This document shows, piece after piece, positions 1 through 9,254 of a DNA stretch of 64,000 bases. The stretch is from assembly GCA_965602015.1 (NCBI GenBank), contig OZ271918.1, positions 2,112,001 to 2,176,000 of the forward strand. Reading direction: 5' to 3'. Under the pieces are notes generated by a model, which saw only the letters and a program-made list of their open reading frames with translations, was not told where the DNA came from and made no database searches. Every line of letters begins with the position of its first letter. Position 1 is the first letter of the stretch. A program made the translations under genes and the position numbers. Origin of the DNA: Salinispira sp. (GTDB taxonomy: Bacteria; Spirochaetota; Spirochaetia; DSM-27196; Salinispiraceae).

Positions 1-163
1 ATCCCATTGTTTCGGTGACCCCGTTGACGATGTCAGAAAATCCTTTTACCTGGCTGTCTGATAATCCGTCGGCTCCCGCCGGAGCGGGTTCGTCGAAGTC
101 CATGCCTCCGGCGCCCTGTAACAAGGCATCAATTTCGTCTTGGGAGAGTGATCCATCACTCAT
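1..163 (-). CDS. fliY: Flagellar motor switch protein FliY/FliN, 5' part only (runs off the window)
   Basis: Not in the ORF track. ATG at 163 with AAGGAG upstream. Translates MSDGSLSQDEIDALLQG, the CheY-P-binding N-terminal motif. Follows fliM. Confidence 0.85.
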   Translation of the reverse strand, partial: MSDGSLSQDEIDALLQGAGGMDFDEPAPAGADGLSDSQVKGFSDIVNGVTETMG

Positions 164-225
164 ACTAACTCCTTCGCAGCAATCACAGGCTCAGTGCCGT
201 GTACCGGGCCAAACGCCCGGGGTGT

Positions 226-1263
226 TCAGTCGAGCTCTTCGGCCTCGGCGGCGAGCTCTTCGAATTCTTCGTGCTCGATGTCTTCCAGTTTTTTAACAAT
301 CTGCACAGCCAGCTTTTTTCCGTTGCGGCCGGGCTTGCACAGAAACTTGGTGCGGTTTCCCACATTGAGCGCCATGGGGTCGCTTATTCTTACATTCGGC
401 AATCTGACCACATCACCTGAGCGCAAAGAGAGTACATCGCGCACGGTGAGCTGCATGCTCCCGATTTCCGCAACCACGTCGACCTCTATGGCCGACAGGC
501 GTTCGCGCAGGATCTGCAGGTTCTCGGTTGTAGTGCCCCGGCGGACCGAAGAGTACCAGTATTGAGCCGAGAGTTTCGAAATGATGGGTTCGATGGTGAG
601 ATAGGGAATACAGAAGTTCATCATTCCCTCCACTTCACCGACCTTGGTTTCAAGGGTTACCAAAACGACCATTTCGGTGGGCGGAACTATTTGGGCGAAC
701 TGCGGGTTCGTTTCTATCTGGCCGAGGCGGGGACGCAGGTCGATTACCTGACTCCAGGCTTCCCGCATATTGCCGAGAATTCGAACGATAATACCCTCCA
801 TAACCGTTTGCTCGATGTCCGTGAGATCGCGGGTAACCTTGGCACCCTCGCCCTGTCCGCCGAATAGCCTGTCGATTATTGAAAAGGTGATTGCCGGATC
901 GATTTCCAGGATTGCAGAACCTTTTAGGGGGTCCATGTTAATGACCGCCAGAGTGGTCGGGTTGGGAATGGAACGGACGAATTCCTCGTAGGTAAGCTGG
1001 TCGACGCTGGCCACGTGAACCTGCACCAGGGAGCGCAGGTTCGCCGAAAGCGATGTAGTGGTGAGCCGCGCAAATGTCTCATGCATGATGGAGACCGTAC
1101 GGATCTGTTCCTTGGAGAATTTATCAGGACGTTTGAAGTCATAAATTTTGATCTTCCGGGTGTCCTGCTGGGTGCTGCCGGTATCCTCCGCCGCGTCGAT
1201 ATCTCCGGAGGAAATTGCCGTCAGAAGTTGGTCAATCTCATCCTGAGACAGTACTTCAGTCAT
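226..1263 (-). CDS. fliM: Flagellar motor switch protein FliM
   Basis: LSQDEIDQLL N-terminus, YDFKRPDKFSKEQ and IETNPQF motifs, C-terminal SpoA-like domain. Confidence 0.97.
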   Translation of the reverse strand: MTEVLSQDEIDQLLTAISSGDIDAAEDTGSTQQDTRKIKIYDFKRPDKFSKEQIRTVSIMHETFARLTTTSLSANLRSLVQVHVASVDQLTYEEFVRSIPNPTTLAVINMDPLKGSAILEIDPAITFSIIDRLFGGQGEGAKVTRDLTDIEQTVMEGIIVRILGNMREAWSQVIDLRPRLGQIETNPQFAQIVPPTEMVVLVTLETKVGEVEGMMNFCIPYLTIEPIISKLSAQYWYSSVRRGTTTENLQILRERLSAIEVDVVAEIGSMQLTVRDVLSLRSGDVVRLPNVRISDPMALNVGNRTKFLCKPGRNGKKLAVQIVKKLEDIEHEEFEELAAEAEELD

Positions 1264-1411
1264 TCGATCCCCTCATGCGCGACGGGTGTTCTGGCTGTCC
1301 CCGCCGGGCGCATTTTCCTCCGAACAGGGAGGTCCGCGCCTTCAAATTTTCTCACACCTTTGTGATAATTTCAAGTTGCGCGTTTACCGCAACTGTATTA
1401 CATCAAATTCC

Positions 1412-1440
1412 ACTATAGCAGCAGTTATGCATACGGTCTA
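1412..1440 (-). promoter_or_regulatory. Putative sigma70 promoter for fliM-fliY
   Basis: TAGACC-17 bp-TATAGT with extended -10 TG (TGcTATAGT), about 150 nt upstream of the fliM ATG. Confidence 0.55.
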
Positions 1441-1486
1441 GACGTACCGCCGCACAATGCCCCGCTACATGCTCCGGTATCGTCGC

Positions 1487-2047
1487 TTAAAACGAAAGCA
1501 CCTGAAACTGGGTAAAGGCCACCTGCTGCACTTCCGGAACGATTTTCTGAACTTCAGCCAAAATCCTGCGCCGGATCTCCTCTTTATTATCAACTTCGAG
1601 CAAATAACTGGCGAACTGACTGGAGAACCAGGTATTGAGCATGTCAGTTAATGGGATATCCTGTTTAGTCAGCGAGTTAGAGACCGCGGCATTCTCAAGT
1701 TCATAGCCCAGGCGCACGGTGACCACAAAAGTCCGGGGGACATCGTCCCTGGTCACGCCCCGGAGCTCGGGAATTTCCTCATACCAGCTGTATTCCGGCG
1801 GCGGACCCTCATAAGATTCGGAGCGCCGAACCCGGTCCTGTGCCGGCTGACCGGCTCCCATTATATTGAGGGCGACCACCACCACGGTGACGATAAAAAT
1901 GATCGCACCGACGATGATCGCAGCCCATTTGAGAATTTGAATGACAATTGCCGGGAGGAAACCGACTTTTTGACCCCCTCCCCCCTCGGAACCGACATCA
2001 TCGGTCGAGACTACATCATCATCGCCATCTAAAAAATCATCACCCAT
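1487..2047 (-). CDS. fliL: Flagellar basal body-associated protein FliL
   Basis: Acidic N-terminus, single TM helix, FliL-like C-terminus (VAFTQFQVL). Lies between motB and fliM. Confidence 0.88.
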   Translation of the reverse strand: MGDDFLDGDDDVVSTDDVGSEGGGGQKVGFLPAIVIQILKWAAIIVGAIIFIVTVVVVALNIMGAGQPAQDRVRRSESYEGPPPEYSWYEEIPELRGVTRDDVPRTFVVTVRLGYELENAAVSNSLTKQDIPLTDMLNTWFSSQFASYLLEVDNKEEIRRRILAEVQKIVPEVQQVAFTQFQVLSF

Positions 2048-2106
2048 TATCCCCTCCTGATTCGGAGCGTTGAATTACCTCTGACCGATGGGTAGCATCG
2101 GCCGGC

Positions 2107-2161
2107 GTATTATAACAATACGAGTTATATTAAGGTATCGGCGTTTTTCCCATGTTTTTAA
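2107..2161 (-). promoter_or_regulatory. Putative tandem sigma28 and extended -10 sigma70 promoters upstream of fliL
   Basis: TTAA-N15-GCCGATAC (2161-2135) and TGtTATAAT (2117-2109). Confidence 0.5.
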
Positions 2162-2182
2162 GGCTTTCTTGACGGGCCAGCC

Positions 2183-2212
2183 CGGCTTCTTCAAGACCGC
2201 GTGAAGAAGCCG
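2183..2212 (-). terminator. 11-bp hairpin after motB (terminator or stability element)
   Basis: CGGCTTCTTCA-8 nt-TGAAGAAGCCG perfect inverted repeat, but no U-tract. Confidence 0.4.
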
Positions 2213-2224
2213 CACTGCTTATGG

Positions 2225-2953
2225 CTACAGACTGCCCTCTGAAAGAATTATGACATCGATTCGGCGGTTATATGCCCGGCCTTCCGGTGTTTCGTTTTCA
2301 GTGACCGGTCGGTATTCGCCAAAGGTCGCCGACTGAAACTGGGACTCATCGGCGCCGAATTCCGAAAGGATCAGCAATGTGTTCAAGGCCCGGGCCTGGC
2401 CGAGGTGCCAGTTGGACGGCCAGGGGCCGTCGGGATCCGTGGGCACATCGTCGGTATGGCCTTCGATCCGGAAAAAACGGTCGTCCAGGTAGTCCGCGGA
2501 AAGGAGGCTGGCCAGCTTTATCAACACCTCACGGGTATCTTCCAGGCGGATATCCGCGCTGGCCACATCGAAGAAGGCATCAGAAGCAAGGGTGATTATC
2601 AGCCCTCTCTCGTCTTCGGTGATTCTCACCTGATTGCTGCGGATTTCCGGTTGAAACAAGCTGACTGCGGCCTGTCGGGCCCGGGCCAGCGCCCGGCCGC
2701 TTTGAAGCGAGGGAAGGGATTCTATGGTATTTCCCAGCTCGGCAAGGCGGCCCGCTTCCAGGGTATTTCCCCCGTCGAAATTACCCAGTCCCTGAAAGGC
2801 GGCCAAAATAAGCTGAAACTCGTATCCGTCGACGGTGGCGGTGGTGAACATCAATACAAAGAAGGTCAACAGAAGGGTGACCATATCCCCGTAGGTGAGC
2901 ATATACTCCGGGACGCCTTCTTCGCACTTTGGGCATTTTTTATCATTAGCCAT
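2225..2953 (-). CDS. motB: Flagellar stator protein MotB
   Basis: TM helix YMLTYGDMVTLLLTFFV with the conserved Asp; OmpA-like domain (IEGHTD, NWHLG..RA, NRRIDV). Confidence 0.96.
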   Translation of the reverse strand: MANDKKCPKCEEGVPEYMLTYGDMVTLLLTFFVLMFTTATVDGYEFQLILAAFQGLGNFDGGNTLEAGRLAELGNTIESLPSLQSGRALARARQAAVSLFQPEIRSNQVRITEDERGLIITLASDAFFDVASADIRLEDTREVLIKLASLLSADYLDDRFFRIEGHTDDVPTDPDGPWPSNWHLGQARALNTLLILSEFGADESQFQSATFGEYRPVTENETPEGRAYNRRIDVIILSEGSL

Positions 2954-3008
2954 AGTCTTTCCTCGTTCCCCCTATTCGGACTGCCGACGGATAAAGGGGC
3001 TTAGCGGC

Positions 3009-3788
3009 CTACTGATTCGACTCGGCCCGTATTGGCTCCCGCTCCGGAGGGGGCAGGAAGCTCAACAGCTTTTCGAGCAGAATCCGGGGGTTATCCCCCG
3101 ACTGAATAGAAAGTATGCCCTCAATGACAATTTCCTTCGAACGGGTCTCGTACTTGTCACGATCCATGAGCTTTTGCTTAAAGGGGAGCATAAAGACGTT
3201 GGCAACCAGGGAACCGTAGAGGGTGGTTATCAGAGCCGTAGCCATACCGGAGGCGATACCCGAACTGTCATCCAGGTTCGCAAGCATGGCGATGAGCCCG
3301 ATGAGGGTTCCGATCATTCCAAAGGCCGGCGCCAGGGACCCCCAGAATCCGAAGAGGTTAATGCCGTCTTCATGCCGGGCGTTGATCTGATTCAGTTCGG
3401 TGTACAGGATGTTCTTGATAATTTCCGGATCGGTGCCGTCGACCACAAGCTGTATGCCCTTGCGCATGAACTCATTCTCAACCTCGTCGAGGTTGTCTTC
3501 CAGGGCCAGAAGACCTTCGCGCCGGGCCCGCTCGGCAAATGCCACCAGGTCGGTGATGAGTTTGCCTTCCCGCAGGTCCGGCACATTCATCAGTATTCCG
3601 ATATACTTGCCGACACCCATTATCCGGCTCAGGGGAGCCGAGGCCATTACGCCTCCGATTGAGCCCCCGATTACGATGAGTATGGAAGGTATGTCGACAT
3701 AGTACGTGAAACCGACGCCCCCGACGAATACGCCGAAGACGACCATTCCCACCGCAACACCGAGACCGACTAAGGTGGCTAAATCCAT
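3009..3788 (-). CDS. motA: Flagellar stator protein MotA (MotA/PomA family)
   Basis: ARREGLLALE, APAFGMIGTLIGL, ALITTLYG and GDNPR motifs. Confidence 0.96.
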   Translation of the reverse strand: MDLATLVGLGVAVGMVVFGVFVGGVGFTYYVDIPSILIVIGGSIGGVMASAPLSRIMGVGKYIGILMNVPDLREGKLITDLVAFAERARREGLLALEDNLDEVENEFMRKGIQLVVDGTDPEIIKNILYTELNQINARHEDGINLFGFWGSLAPAFGMIGTLIGLIAMLANLDDSSGIASGMATALITTLYGSLVANVFMLPFKQKLMDRDKYETRSKEIVIEGILSIQSGDNPRILLEKLLSFLPPPEREPIRAESNQ

Positions 3789-3794
3789 AGAGGC

Positions 3795-3992
3795 TTACTC
3801 CTCATTTTTGAAGGCCCCGATCAGCCGGCGGTAATCGACAATCCGCTCGGCGACCACATCGTAGTCCTCCCGGACCACAAGGCGTTTGCCCGAAAGCATG
3901 GTCAGGGTGGTATCGGGGTTGCATTCAATATACTCTATCTGATGGGGATTCACAAAATAGACCTTCCCATCAAGTCTGGTTACTTCAATCAT
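3795..3992 (-). CDS. flbD: Flagellar FlbD family protein
   Basis: MIEVTRLDG..VNPHQIEYIE.NPDTTLT..SGK motif; lies between flgE and motA. Confidence 0.92.
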   Translation of the reverse strand: MIEVTRLDGKVYFVNPHQIEYIECNPDTTLTMLSGKRLVVREDYDVVAERIVDYRRLIGAFKNEE

Positions 3993-4142
3993 ACGCAAAA
4001 TGCGCCGCTCTTGATAGCCTTGAGCGCCGGGGCGCTGGCTTAAGCGGCGCGTTCCTCACTTTGGCGGCGGGAATCCGGGCCCGCCGCCGCGTTAACGCCG
4101 GAGCCCTATAGACTCCGGCGCGTATTACCGATTATAGCGCCC

Positions 4143-5579
4143 TTAGCGCTTGAGGGTCAGCAGTTCCTGCAGCATCTGATCCGATGTCTGGATGGTTTTG
4201 CTGTTGGCCTGAAAACCCCTCTGGGTGACGATCATATCGGTGAACTGCTCGGCGAGGTCCACATTGCTCATTTCAAGGGCGCCGGCCAAAACCTTACCCT
4301 TGCCCGCGGTGCCCACCGGACCCACATTGGCGTCACCGGAGTTAATGCTCACCATGTAGTTGTTCTCACCGGCCTTTTCGAGTCCGCCGGGGTTGATAAA
4401 GCTTGCAAGGGCTACCTGACCGAGGGAACGGTTGGTACCGTTGTCGTAGATACCCGTAATGGTGCCGCTCTGGTCAATCCGGAAATCCTGCAGGTATCCC
4501 ATTCCGTAGCCGTCCTGGCGGAAGGCCTTGTTGGAGCTGTCGCTGGCGAACTGGGTGCTGGAGTTCTCGATTCCGCCGACTTCACCCAGGTCCAGAGTGA
4601 AGGTCTGGGTGATGGGATCTCCTGCGGCTCCGGCGCCGATAAACGCGGGATCGAAGCCCTCGGGATCATCGGGAATGGCGGTCTGGGGAACCAGGAAGCT
4701 GATTTCCACATTAACCCGGCCGTCGCCGTCGAGTCCCCCGCCTGCGCTGGTAGCAGACTCCAGAAGGCTGGTGCTGTCGAACTGGAGCTGGTAGTTATTG
4801 TCCCCCGCGGGGTTTGCGGTTCCGGCTACCGAGATATCAGGTATAATTATATTTCCCTCGGGATCGATGATCTGCACCTCGGCGTTCCAGAGGTTGGTCC
4901 CCCCTACTACCTTGGTGTACAGAATTTCCATGGTCAGCTCCCGTCCATAGGGGTCGTAGATGGTCTTGCTCACCTGATAGGTTCCCTGGCGGATTTCCTC
5001 AGCCCCTGCGCCGGCGGGAATTTCCGGGGTAAGCTGATTCAGGTTCGATGCCAGCTCTATGAGGGATGTGGCCCGGGCGGGGTCTTTTCCGCCGACGGGA
5101 ATCCGCAGGTCGCCTACATCGGCGCCGGTGTCTATGAGGGTTACGCCGTTGATGGTTTCAGAGGTCCAGCCCTGGACGCGCATTCCGTTAGCCGGATTGA
5201 CCAGGAAACCCTCGGCATCGAGGCTGAATGCCCCTGCCCGGCTGTAGAAATCCTGATCTCCCGAGCGCAGAATAAAGAACCCCTCGCCCTGAATGGCAAG
5301 GTCGGTTTTTACCCCGGTGGTCTGCAGCGAACCCTGGGTAAAAATGGTGTCGATGGACGCCACATTAACCCCGAGACCTACCTGCTGGGGATTCACCCCG
5401 CCGACCTGCTCGTTCGGCCGGGAAGCCCCCCGCTGGCTCTGGCTCAGAAGGTCCTGGAAGTTTACCCTGCCCTTCTTGAATCCCGTAGTATTGACGTTGG
5501 AGACGTTGTTACCGATTACGTCCATACGGATTTGGTGGTTCTGAAGTCCGGAAACGCCGGAATACAATGATCTCATCAT
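4143..5579 (-). CDS. flgE: Flagellar hook protein FlgE
   Basis: MMRSLYSGVSG..IGNNVSNVNTTGFK N-terminus; LEMSNVDLAEQFTDMI C-terminus. Confidence 0.98.
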   Translation of the reverse strand: MMRSLYSGVSGLQNHQIRMDVIGNNVSNVNTTGFKKGRVNFQDLLSQSQRGASRPNEQVGGVNPQQVGLGVNVASIDTIFTQGSLQTTGVKTDLAIQGEGFFILRSGDQDFYSRAGAFSLDAEGFLVNPANGMRVQGWTSETINGVTLIDTGADVGDLRIPVGGKDPARATSLIELASNLNQLTPEIPAGAGAEEIRQGTYQVSKTIYDPYGRELTMEILYTKVVGGTNLWNAEVQIIDPEGNIIIPDISVAGTANPAGDNNYQLQFDSTSLLESATSAGGGLDGDGRVNVEISFLVPQTAIPDDPEGFDPAFIGAGAAGDPITQTFTLDLGEVGGIENSSTQFASDSSNKAFRQDGYGMGYLQDFRIDQSGTITGIYDNGTNRSLGQVALASFINPGGLEKAGENNYMVSINSGDANVGPVGTAGKGKVLAGALEMSNVDLAEQFTDMIVTQRGFQANSKTIQTSDQMLQELLTLKR

Positions 5580-5591
5580 AGGGCAAACTCC

Positions 5592-6242
5592 TTATTGCTG
5601 ACGGCCGGAACCGGCCGCTGCCGAACTGGATGCTCCGGCGACTTCCGCCGGCTGTTCCTGTACGGCTGCCGCTCTGTCGGCGGCAACTGTTGTATTTTCA
5701 CCTAATGCGCTGATTTTCGACACGTCTGACACGTCGTAATAGGTTCCGTCCACCAGAACCTGGGGATAGTCGCCCCGGGTAACCGCTTCCACGGTGCCGC
5801 TGAACGATCTGCCGTTCACGATCACTTCAACTTCGCGGCCGAGCATGTTCGTCGCCTGACCGGCTGAGAGAACCGCCGCCATGCTCTGGAAACCGCTGGC
5901 AATATTGGTCATCTGTTCAAGACTGCTGAACTGGGCCATCTGAGCTATGAACTCCCGGTCTTCCATGGGGCTGGTGGGGTCCTGATTCTGGAGCTGGGTA
6001 ATCAGCAGGGTCAGGTAGTCATCCTTATCCATAACCTGCTTGATTTGCCGTCCCTCAATTTGAAGACTCCGGTTGCTGTTTCTCACATCGTCTTCAATGC
6101 GGGCCTGCTCGCTGTCAGACAAGAGATTTTCAAAGCGGATCTGATTCTCGTCGGCTTCGGTTCCCAGATTAACCACCGAGCGGTCTATGCCGTTCAGAAA
6201 TCGCAAAGAGCCTGAATCTGTGGTCAATGACCCAATGTCCAT
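5592..6242 (-). CDS. flgD: Flagellar hook capping protein FlgD
   Basis: LLITQLQNQDPTSPMEDREFIAQMAQFSSLEQ motif. Confidence 0.95.
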   Translation of the reverse strand: MDIGSLTTDSGSLRFLNGIDRSVVNLGTEADENQIRFENLLSDSEQARIEDDVRNSNRSLQIEGRQIKQVMDKDDYLTLLITQLQNQDPTSPMEDREFIAQMAQFSSLEQMTNIASGFQSMAAVLSAGQATNMLGREVEVIVNGRSFSGTVEAVTRGDYPQVLVDGTYYDVSDVSKISALGENTTVAADRAAAVQEQPAEVAGASSSAAAGSGRQQ

Positions 6243-6295
6243 GTATTCTCTCCCCGGCCGGCTGCCCGGCCTTCCCTCCGACGGATACCCCGTCG

Positions 6296-8149
6296 TCAGG
6301 CTAAAATATTTACGTCTTTATATTCCCTGATATAAGCCTGGGCCGAAGCTATTCTCGTCTCAAGCTGGCCCGCCGGATCGACGGCGCCTTTTTTCCCGTC
6401 GGCGGTCATGGTGAATCGGGAAGCCTCGTTGAAGTCGCCGCCGTCGCCGTTTTCCAGGGAAATATCCAGTGAAAAGTCGTCAAACCCCTGTTCGGTAAAC
6501 GCCTCGCGCAGTTCGTCCATGGCCTCGGCAAATGCTTCCTTCACAGTGTTATTTTCGACAATTATCCGCCCGGCTATACTCTTATCTTCAAGATTCATTC
6601 TGATCCGGACCCTGCCGAGATTTTCCGGTTTGAGAATCAGGGATATCTCGCCGGCGTTCTGTCCTCTGAGCACATATCTGGCCTGGCGCACGATATCCGA
6701 ACCGAGTTGCCCGCGGAACTGGGCCCTAAAGGCTTCCATGAGTTCCGCACTGCTCATCCGTGCCGGGGAACCGGATCCCTCGGCTCCGGTTCCGGAAGGT
6801 GTCGAACCTGCGCCGGATGCAAGGGCCTCGGGACCAAAAAATACCTGTAATTCGGCATTTCCCGATGATACCGGGGCCTGCGATGCGCTTCGGAACATGA
6901 GATTGGAAAATGTGCGCTGGTCGTTATTTCCCTGCTGCCGGGCGTTGTCGCCAAAACCGGATTCTCCCCCCGACTGCTGAAGGGTTTCCTCGGCAGATAC
7001 GGCGCTCATGGAGGCGAGAACCCGGGAGTCGCCGGACCGCTGGGTTTGTCCTGAATCACCAGCCTGATTTCCCGCGTCGCTCCCGGCGGCAGCGGCGGCT
7101 TCCCCTGCCCGTGCTACTCCATCGCCTTGCCCGTTTCGCAAGGCCTCGAGCCGGGCGGCGCTCCCCCGGCCCTCCATGAGCCGGGATTTACCGCGCCCCT
7201 CGTTGAGTGATTCGCTTATATGCTCGTTTATTTCGGGGCGTGCTTGAGTCTGGCCGTCGGTTTTCTCACCGCTGCCGGTAATGGTGAGTCCGTGGTCCCG
7301 GCTGGCAATCCGGCCCTTTTGCTCAGGGCTCCCGGCATCCCGGGCTTCGCGCGTGAGGCCGTCGGCGGTGGAGTTTACAGCGGTTTTTGCAATGTCAGCC
7401 TTGCCCTCCTTTTCTGGCGCGAGGGCGTCATCTGTCAGGCCTGGATTTTCGGCGGATGGAGTTTCTCCGCCGGGGAGCCTGTTGCCGGCCTGTTTCGCTG
7501 CCTCGAGATCTTTGTTTCTGGGCAGGGTTCGCGAAGAAGAGGCGATAACATCGCCCTTCCTGCCTTTGGATACAGCAGCCACCGGGTCCCCATTGCCATC
7601 AGCGGGAACGACAGATGAGGTCCCTTCTCGTTTACCGCGGGCCCCGGCGGCACCCACAACTGAAGGGGATATATCGGAGCCCTCATTAGCCATAGCCACT
7701 GTAACGCCGGATAGTGAATCATCGCCGGCGGACCGATTCTGATCATGATCCGTTGATATCCCCTCGCTCATGTTATCCGCGGGCTCGGGGTTGGCTGATC
7801 TACTGTCGGGTGTCGATGGTGAATCATCGGCACTGATAGCCCTGGCAGCTTCCTCATTGCCCTGACCGCTGCTCTGATTGCTATTGTGGACTGAGGGATA
7901 AAATTGTTCTGGCGTTGATATCGGCGAGGGTCTTTCTTCGGAATACCGGTCTTGAAGAGGGGAATATATCTGCTGTTGACTCGCCGGAGTGTACAAGGCC
8001 GGCAGGGTCGGATTATAAACCGGAGCTGCGGGAGCTGCAAAATAATCGCTAAAAGCCGTTTCCGACGAGGATGGAATGGTATGTGACCCCGAAGTTAATA
8101 AGGGGGGCGTTGATCGGCTGATCAGGTCCAGACCGCTCAGGTTCTGCAT
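6296..8149 (-). CDS. fliK: Flagellar hook-length control protein FliK
   Basis: Long low-complexity N-terminal region; C-terminal ISLILKPENLGRVRI domain. ATG at 8149 follows AGGAGG. Confidence 0.9.
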   Translation of the reverse strand: MQNLSGLDLISRSTPPLLTSGSHTIPSSSETAFSDYFAAPAAPVYNPTLPALYTPASQQQIYSPLQDRYSEERPSPISTPEQFYPSVHNSNQSSGQGNEEAARAISADDSPSTPDSRSANPEPADNMSEGISTDHDQNRSAGDDSLSGVTVAMANEGSDISPSVVGAAGARGKREGTSSVVPADGNGDPVAAVSKGRKGDVIASSSRTLPRNKDLEAAKQAGNRLPGGETPSAENPGLTDDALAPEKEGKADIAKTAVNSTADGLTREARDAGSPEQKGRIASRDHGLTITGSGEKTDGQTQARPEINEHISESLNEGRGKSRLMEGRGSAARLEALRNGQGDGVARAGEAAAAAGSDAGNQAGDSGQTQRSGDSRVLASMSAVSAEETLQQSGGESGFGDNARQQGNNDQRTFSNLMFRSASQAPVSSGNAELQVFFGPEALASGAGSTPSGTGAEGSGSPARMSSAELMEAFRAQFRGQLGSDIVRQARYVLRGQNAGEISLILKPENLGRVRIRMNLEDKSIAGRIIVENNTVKEAFAEAMDELREAFTEQGFDDFSLDISLENGDGGDFNEASRFTMTADGKKGAVDPAGQLETRIASAQAYIREYKDVNILA

Positions 8150-8182
8150 GAATCCTCCTGCAGGCCTGAGCAACGCGTCGGT

Positions 8183-8827
8183 TTATGAGTCTGCTGTCTG
8201 ACTCAGGGACGGCTTTTGGGTCATTTTCCGTTGGATCGCCGCCGCCCTGTCTTCCGGCAATAATGCCAGATAGGTGGACACCAGGGAAAAAGTTCCATCC
8301 TGGTCGGCGAGTTCCTGGACCACCCTGAGCGTGTCGATGAGCAACTGGTCATCGTACTCGTTCAGGATGGCGACCGCGTCATCCGGACGCATGCTGGTCA
8401 GATCTCTTGCATTCTGAACCAGGCCTGCTCTTCTATCATCGTAACGATTGAGCCGTTCATTAAATGAATTTTCACGATCTGTCTGAATCTTTTCCCGTTC
8501 CTCGAGCTGTGCCAGCTGCTGTTCATAATCGCTGAGGTCCTGATTGAGCAGATCCCGGCTGGTTTCCAGCTGTTGAAGATGAAGGGAAATTGCCAATTCC
8601 CGCTTTTGAACCCCCATGGAATCCAGGAGCTCCATATCGTTAAAGTCCGGAGCCGTCGACTCTTCGGGAGACAGTCCGATCAGGTTCATAACCGGACCGA
8701 GAACCGGCCGGGCGTCCACGAGTCCAAGGATGTCGAACCATATCAGTCCGCCGAGCAGAAGAAAAACCACCAGGAGAAAGAGCAGTAAGATCCTCGGCAA
8801 CACATTTACCCTGCCTACCCTAGCCAT
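8183..8827 (-). CDS. flbB: Periplasmic-flagellar collar protein FlbB
   Basis: N-terminal TM (GGLIWFDILG), coiled coil, MRPDDAVAIL/MotE-like C-terminus; lies between fliJ and fliK as in spirochaetes. Confidence 0.82.
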   Translation of the reverse strand: MARVGRVNVLPRILLLFLLVVFLLLGGLIWFDILGLVDARPVLGPVMNLIGLSPEESTAPDFNDMELLDSMGVQKRELAISLHLQQLETSRDLLNQDLSDYEQQLAQLEEREKIQTDRENSFNERLNRYDDRRAGLVQNARDLTSMRPDDAVAILNEYDDQLLIDTLRVVQELADQDGTFSLVSTYLALLPEDRAAAIQRKMTQKPSLSQTADS

Positions 8828-9254
8828 TGGAACCTCCTGCAATGCGCGAAACGGCGATGTCGTCTATTTCTTTCGCCTCTTCGGTAAACCACTGTTTTCT
8901 GTAATCCTTCAATTTTTTTTCCTTGAGCCGGCGCGCGGCCTCGTAATCCTTTCTGACCTCGCGGTATTGTTCGGCGACGGTCTCCCTTGCGGCTTGAGCT
9001 TCCATGAGCTCGGACTCGAGTTGCCGGGTTCGGTCCTCTATTCTACCCAGGTAGAGGGCCCGGGACTGATGATATGCGATGTCGTTTCCCCCGTCTGCAG
9101 CGAACACCGAATGCCGCTCCCGTACAAGCAGGCGTATTTCCTGTTCAATGGCGTCGCAGCGCTTGTTCGCCGCAGCGAGCTTGTTGCGCCATTCTTCTTC
9201 CTTGTGGCCCCTGAGCTTTAACACCGCCTCAAGGCGGAAAGAAAACCGTTTCAC
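8820..9254 (-). CDS. fliJ: Flagellar export protein FliJ
   Basis: MKRFSFRLEAVLKLR N-terminus (GTG start), EAKEIDD C-terminus. Confidence 0.92.
   Translation of the reverse strand: MKRFSFRLEAVLKLRGHKEEEWRNKLAAANKRCDAIEQEIRLLVRERHSVFAADGGNDIAYHQSRALYLGRIEDRTRQLESELMEAQAARETVAEQYREVRKDYEAARRLKEKKLKDYRKQWFTEEAKEIDDIAVSRIAGGSNG

Noticed and set aside
8170..8205. sigma28 promoter upstream of fliK, as in Treponema
   Set aside because: Best match, TCAG-N15-ACCGACGC, is too degenerate to call.
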